A stretch of DNA of 38,904 nucleotides from positions 1-38,904 of IMG/VR virus record IMGVR_UViG_3300005323_000029; one strand, given 5' to 3'. The position numbers and the translations under genes are program-made. Below the pieces are notes generated by a model. It made no database searches, was not told the DNA's origin, and was given only the letters and a program-made list of their open reading frames with translations. Each line of letters begins with the position of its first letter. Position 1 is the first letter of the stretch. Shown here piece by piece: positions 35,174 through 38,904 of the stretch. The DNA is from a virus. Its lineage: Duplodnaviria > Caudoviricetes.

Positions 35174-36418
35174 ATGGCAGAAAAATCACAATATGATTTA
35201 TCTGAATTTAACGAAGAAAAGAAAGCTGATGATTATGATCTTTCTGAATTTTCAGGTCAAATGCCAGATAATATTCAGCAAAATATGCCACAAGGAAACT
35301 ATTGGAAAAATCCTGTTACTAGAACTTTAGCTGATGTAACAGCTGGTGGGGCAGCTCTTGCTTCTGATACTTTAAATATTCCTTATGGAATAGTTTCTAC
35401 TATTGCTGCTCATCCAACTTTAAGGCATATGGCAGAAAGAGCGGGATTTACAGGTGCAGAAAATCTCACTCCAGAAATGGCAGAGAAAGTTCCACATGTT
35501 CCAGATATTAATTGGCTTTCTAAAGTTGGCGTTCCTAATCCAAATATTTTAGATCAAATAATTTCTAAGGGGACTCAATATGCTCCTGAAATATATGCTG
35601 GAGGAAAAGGACTTTTATCTTTAGGTAATTTAGCCCTCAAAGGAGCTGAACATTTAATTTCTCCTGCTTCAAAAATAGCAAAATTAGGAGAACAATTATC
35701 TCCTGAAAAAATAGCTCAAATAGAAAATACATATAATTTACCATTTAAACAAATAAGTGAAAAAGTTGGTAAAGAGACAATATTTTCTAATCCAAAAGAT
35801 AGCGCATATTTAAAGTTTATTGAGGAACATCCAAATGTTGGAAAAGCGATGGGAGATATTCATGAAAATTTTATGGAAAATCCTATCTATGATAATGCTC
35901 ATTCATTAAAAAAGGCTCTTGGTGATGAAGCTAGAGGATATGCTAGATTAGAATTGAAACAGGGCAATTTATTAGAAGCACAAAAAATAGAAAGAAACAT
36001 GTATAAAAAAGCTTTTGATGCTATAAATAAAGATAGATTGGAATTTTTAGAAAAAAAAGATTCAAAACTTCTAGATATGGCTAAACAAGCAGATAAGGAA
36101 TGGGCACAAAATGTTGATCCTTGGCGTCAATCAGCTTTAACGTATCGAGATTTAGAAGCTGCTGAATCTTCTCCTCAACAATTTTTGAAAAGATTTTCAA
36201 AAATGCAAGGTAAAAGCAAATCTATTTCTACGAATAGACCTGATGCACTTTCTCCTGTTCCAAATGAAATAATTCCAACATTAGGTGAAATTTCCAAAAT
36301 GATTAAAAGAAAAAAAGCAATGACAGGATTAGGTATGACAGCCGTAGGGACTGGTGCTTTATATGGTGCAGGAAGAGGGATTAAAGATCTTTATAATTTA
36401 TTTTCATCAAAAGATTAA
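35174..36418 (+). CDS. putative ejection protein (gp16-like position)
   Basis: Helical, no Cys seen; Gly/Ala hydrophobic C-terminus; synteny. Confidence 0.6.
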   Translation: MAEKSQYDLSEFNEEKKADDYDLSEFSGQMPDNIQQNMPQGNYWKNPVTRTLADVTAGGAALASDTLNIPYGIVSTIAAHPTLRHMAERAGFTGAENLTPEMAEKVPHVPDINWLSKVGVPNPNILDQIISKGTQYAPEIYAGGKGLLSLGNLALKGAEHLISPASKIAKLGEQLSPEKIAQIENTYNLPFKQISEKVGKETIFSNPKDSAYLKFIEEHPNVGKAMGDIHENFMENPIYDNAHSLKKALGDEARGYARLELKQGNLLEAQKIERNMYKKAFDAINKDRLEFLEKKDSKLLDMAKQADKEWAQNVDPWRQSALTYRDLEAAESSPQQFLKRFSKMQGKSKSISTNRPDALSPVPNEIIPTLGEISKMIKRKKAMTGLGMTAVGTGALYGAGRGIKDLYNLFSSKD

Positions 36419-36430
36419 GAGGTTTAAATT

Positions 36431-38782
36431 ATGGCTTTATCAAATCAATATGTAATAGCATCGGGATTGCAAGAGTTATTTGTAGATAAGCTTACAGGAT
36501 TGCCATTAGTGCATGGTGTTGTAACTTTCTATCAAGATGATGCTAGAACTATCATGCAGCCAATTTATGAATTGACTGGTTCGGCACCAAACTATACTTA
36601 TACTCCGCTACCAAACCCTTTAACTTTAAGTTCTGTTGGTACAATTCAAGATGCGTTGGGTAATGATATAGTTCCTTATTATAAGGTTTATGATGCTAAT
36701 GGAAATATTTTGCCATTATATTATATAACTGTTTATAGTCAGTTAGCAGTTTTACAATTTACTCGGGAAGGATGGCCGAATATTGTAGCTAAAGTTACTC
36801 CGCAAATTCTCGAACAAGAAAACTATATACCGAATGGTCAGTTTCTTGTTCACAGTACAACAGATGATGGTAAAACTGCAGATTTAGGATTAATTACTGT
36901 AGACAATACAGAAGTTTCGCAGGGAGGATGGTGGTATTATCGAGGAACATCAAGTACTGCTACTGATTATGTAAATTTTGGACTTTTTGGTGGAGCTATT
37001 ACAAATCCTACGGGTAATCCTCTTAATTTTGCTCGTATAAAATGTAATATTGTTAATCCAAGTGATACGTTTAAATATTTTGGTATAACATTTAATGATG
37101 TAAATAAGTTTACTACTAGTGATGTATCTACTCCTGTAATTTTTACATTTGCATTTTATGCTAGGTCAAATACTGGATCATCGATAAGCATACCTGTTGT
37201 TGTCGATCAATATTATGGTGTTGGTGGTTCTACTGAAGTTATTACGCCACAAGGTGCTTCGTTGGTAATAACCACTTCATGGCAATTATTTAAGGTAAAT
37301 GTAGATTTTGGTTATAACGTAGGTAAGACCATTGGTTCTGGTAACAGTGTAAGTTTATTATTATCTTTACCACCAACAGCTATTTTTGATATAAGCACAA
37401 CAGATTGGATGATGTTTCAAGGGGCAAATATTGCTGTAACGCAATATCCTTATACTACAAATTTAGCTATGCAAACACAGGCTTTAGTTCCTGCAATTCC
37501 AGATCAGTATGGTAATGATTTATATCTTCCTTTAATGTTAACTCCAGATGGTTTAGCTTACGATCATACAGTAGTTGGTAAAGTTATGCCTTGTGTTAAT
37601 GCAACTCCAGGTATTGGAGAGTTGTTATGTGATGGAGCCACTTATAAATATTATCATTATTCTACTGATAAAATTCCTTATAGTCGATTAGGTAAAGTTT
37701 TATTTAATAATAGTACGAGTATTCCTCAATTTGGTACTGGGTCGGAGTTTGTTACTTGTTTTACATTAACTCCCGGAACTGATATTAGTATTTCTCAAAA
37801 TAATCCAGGAACTGCTACTGCTATTACTAATGGTTCTCCAAGCCCGGCATTGGTTATTACACCACAAGTTACTGGACTAACAACCAATGTGTATGCTGGT
37901 TATAATGGGATAAGTGCGGTTCAAATTATTAATATTCTTCCTGGAGCGAGTGCATTTGCTCCGTCAGCAGGAACAACTGGATGGTCTGCTCCAGTTGTTT
38001 CCAGACCGGGAACGTCTACTATTCAAGAAGTAATACAATTTACTGTAGGAGCTGTAGGTTCGTCTTTAGCTAGTAAATATATAAGTTATGCAAATACTTC
38101 TGTTCATTTTTGTTTATGGTTTAAAGTAAATGGTATTGGGACACAACCTGCTTTAGGAATTGGATATACATATATTGACGTTGATATTTTATCGACACAT
38201 ACAGTTGCTCAAGTTGCAAGGATAGTTGGACAGGCGGCGTCAGGATTTAAGGTTCAGAGAGTTACTTTCCCTGCTGCAACTTCAATTTCTGCTGGGAGTT
38301 ATTTCAACTTATATACTCAAGCTGGAAATCATTGGGTATTTTACTATACGGTAAATGGTGTAGGAACACTTCCTGTTGTTCCTGGAGCTGAAATAGTTGC
38401 AATTCCGATATTATCATCTTATACCGCAACTGATGTAGCTAATTTGACACGTCTTCATATAAATAAATCATGTTATGCAACGCCTGATTTGAGAGGTGAT
38501 TTTATAAGAATTTGGGATAATGGTAAGCATGATGATTTATATGCAAGCACTAATAGATTTTCTTGGTTAAACGGACCCGCTGGAGATGCTATAGGTTCAT
38601 TTGAGAATTTTATGGTTGAATCTCATACTCATGGAGTTAATTATTTTGCTTCTCAATTAAGTTTAGCTGGAGGATCTAATGCAGGATGTTGGAATGGTGC
38701 AGGTAGTAATGTAACTACAGCCTATGGTGGTTATGAAACGCGTCCGATCAACTTTAATGTAAATGCAATAATCAAATATTGA
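36431..38782 (+). CDS. tail fibre protein with interrupted tail-collar domain
   Basis: N-terminal head-binding-like D..TG.PL..G.V.FY...NPL.L...G; G.LLCDG...YSRL; PDLRG.FIR.WD.G; SHTH; ETRP.N......IIKY. Confidence 0.85.
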   Translation: MALSNQYVIASGLQELFVDKLTGLPLVHGVVTFYQDDARTIMQPIYELTGSAPNYTYTPLPNPLTLSSVGTIQDALGNDIVPYYKVYDANGNILPLYYITVYSQLAVLQFTREGWPNIVAKVTPQILEQENYIPNGQFLVHSTTDDGKTADLGLITVDNTEVSQGGWWYYRGTSSTATDYVNFGLFGGAITNPTGNPLNFARIKCNIVNPSDTFKYFGITFNDVNKFTTSDVSTPVIFTFAFYARSNTGSSISIPVVVDQYYGVGGSTEVITPQGASLVITTSWQLFKVNVDFGYNVGKTIGSGNSVSLLLSLPPTAIFDISTTDWMMFQGANIAVTQYPYTTNLAMQTQALVPAIPDQYGNDLYLPLMLTPDGLAYDHTVVGKVMPCVNATPGIGELLCDGATYKYYHYSTDKIPYSRLGKVLFNNSTSIPQFGTGSEFVTCFTLTPGTDISISQNNPGTATAITNGSPSPALVITPQVTGLTTNVYAGYNGISAVQIINILPGASAFAPSAGTTGWSAPVVSRPGTSTIQEVIQFTVGAVGSSLASKYISYANTSVHFCLWFKVNGIGTQPALGIGYTYIDVDILSTHTVAQVARIVGQAASGFKVQRVTFPAATSISAGSYFNLYTQAGNHWVFYYTVNGVGTLPVVPGAEIVAIPILSSYTATDVANLTRLHINKSCYATPDLRGDFIRIWDNGKHDDLYASTNRFSWLNGPAGDAIGSFENFMVESHTHGVNYFASQLSLAGGSNAGCWNGAGSNVTTAYGGYETRPINFNVNAIIKY

Positions 38783-38904
38783 GGAATTATTTATGACACA
38801 ATTTTCAATGATTAGAGATACAAGTGGATATAATAGTTTTGCCTTAGAATTTTCTCAGCAAAATTATTCAGCTATTTTAAGTGTTGGTGTTGCTCAAAGT
38901 TTAA
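38782..38904. repeat. 123-bp terminal direct repeat, copy 2
   Basis: Identical to 1-123. Confidence 0.95.

Noticed and set aside
38782-38904. 123-bp repeat as a physical terminal repeat of the virion DNA
   Set aside because: It cuts through a tail gene and has the length of an assembler overlap; it indicates circularity only.
1-38904. Alternative genetic code (stop-codon recoding)
   Set aside because: Core genes are full length in the standard code, and TAA, TAG and TGA all end genes at operon junctions.

Overview
This window is an apparently complete, circular ~38.8 kb genome of an AT-rich, P22-like short-tailed dsDNA phage. Bases 1-123 are repeated at 38782-38904. The host is Gram-negative (spanin pair) and probably a Gammaproteobacterium (RpoD-like region 4, csrA); the host call is inference. 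Layout: tail and fibre genes (36431 through the junction to 4538), a lysis cassette (4551-5889), a long leftward early operon (13346 to 5901), a rightward XRE/replication operon (13449-18045), a second leftward operon (about 21010 to 18110), then packaging, head and ejection genes (22148-36418). I recognised no integrase, S24-type CI repressor or parAB. The early region is unusually RNA-focused. (1) An RlmN/Cfr-family radical SAM enzyme appears split: its catalytic AACGQL segment is a separate, unannotated 38-aa ORF, and the adduct-resolving Cys is replaced by Gly, which suggests a peptide-RNA cross-linking system. (2) A Ro60/TROVE gene is preceded by two Y RNAs. (3) There is a non-canonical tRNA-like gene. 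(4) An unannotated csrA homologue starts with ATT. Also present are a perfect host-type parS inside the scaffold gene, a possible two-state RNA structure upstream of the replication initiator, and an XRE-sigma4 fusion. All family assignments come from motif recognition by eye; no searches were run.
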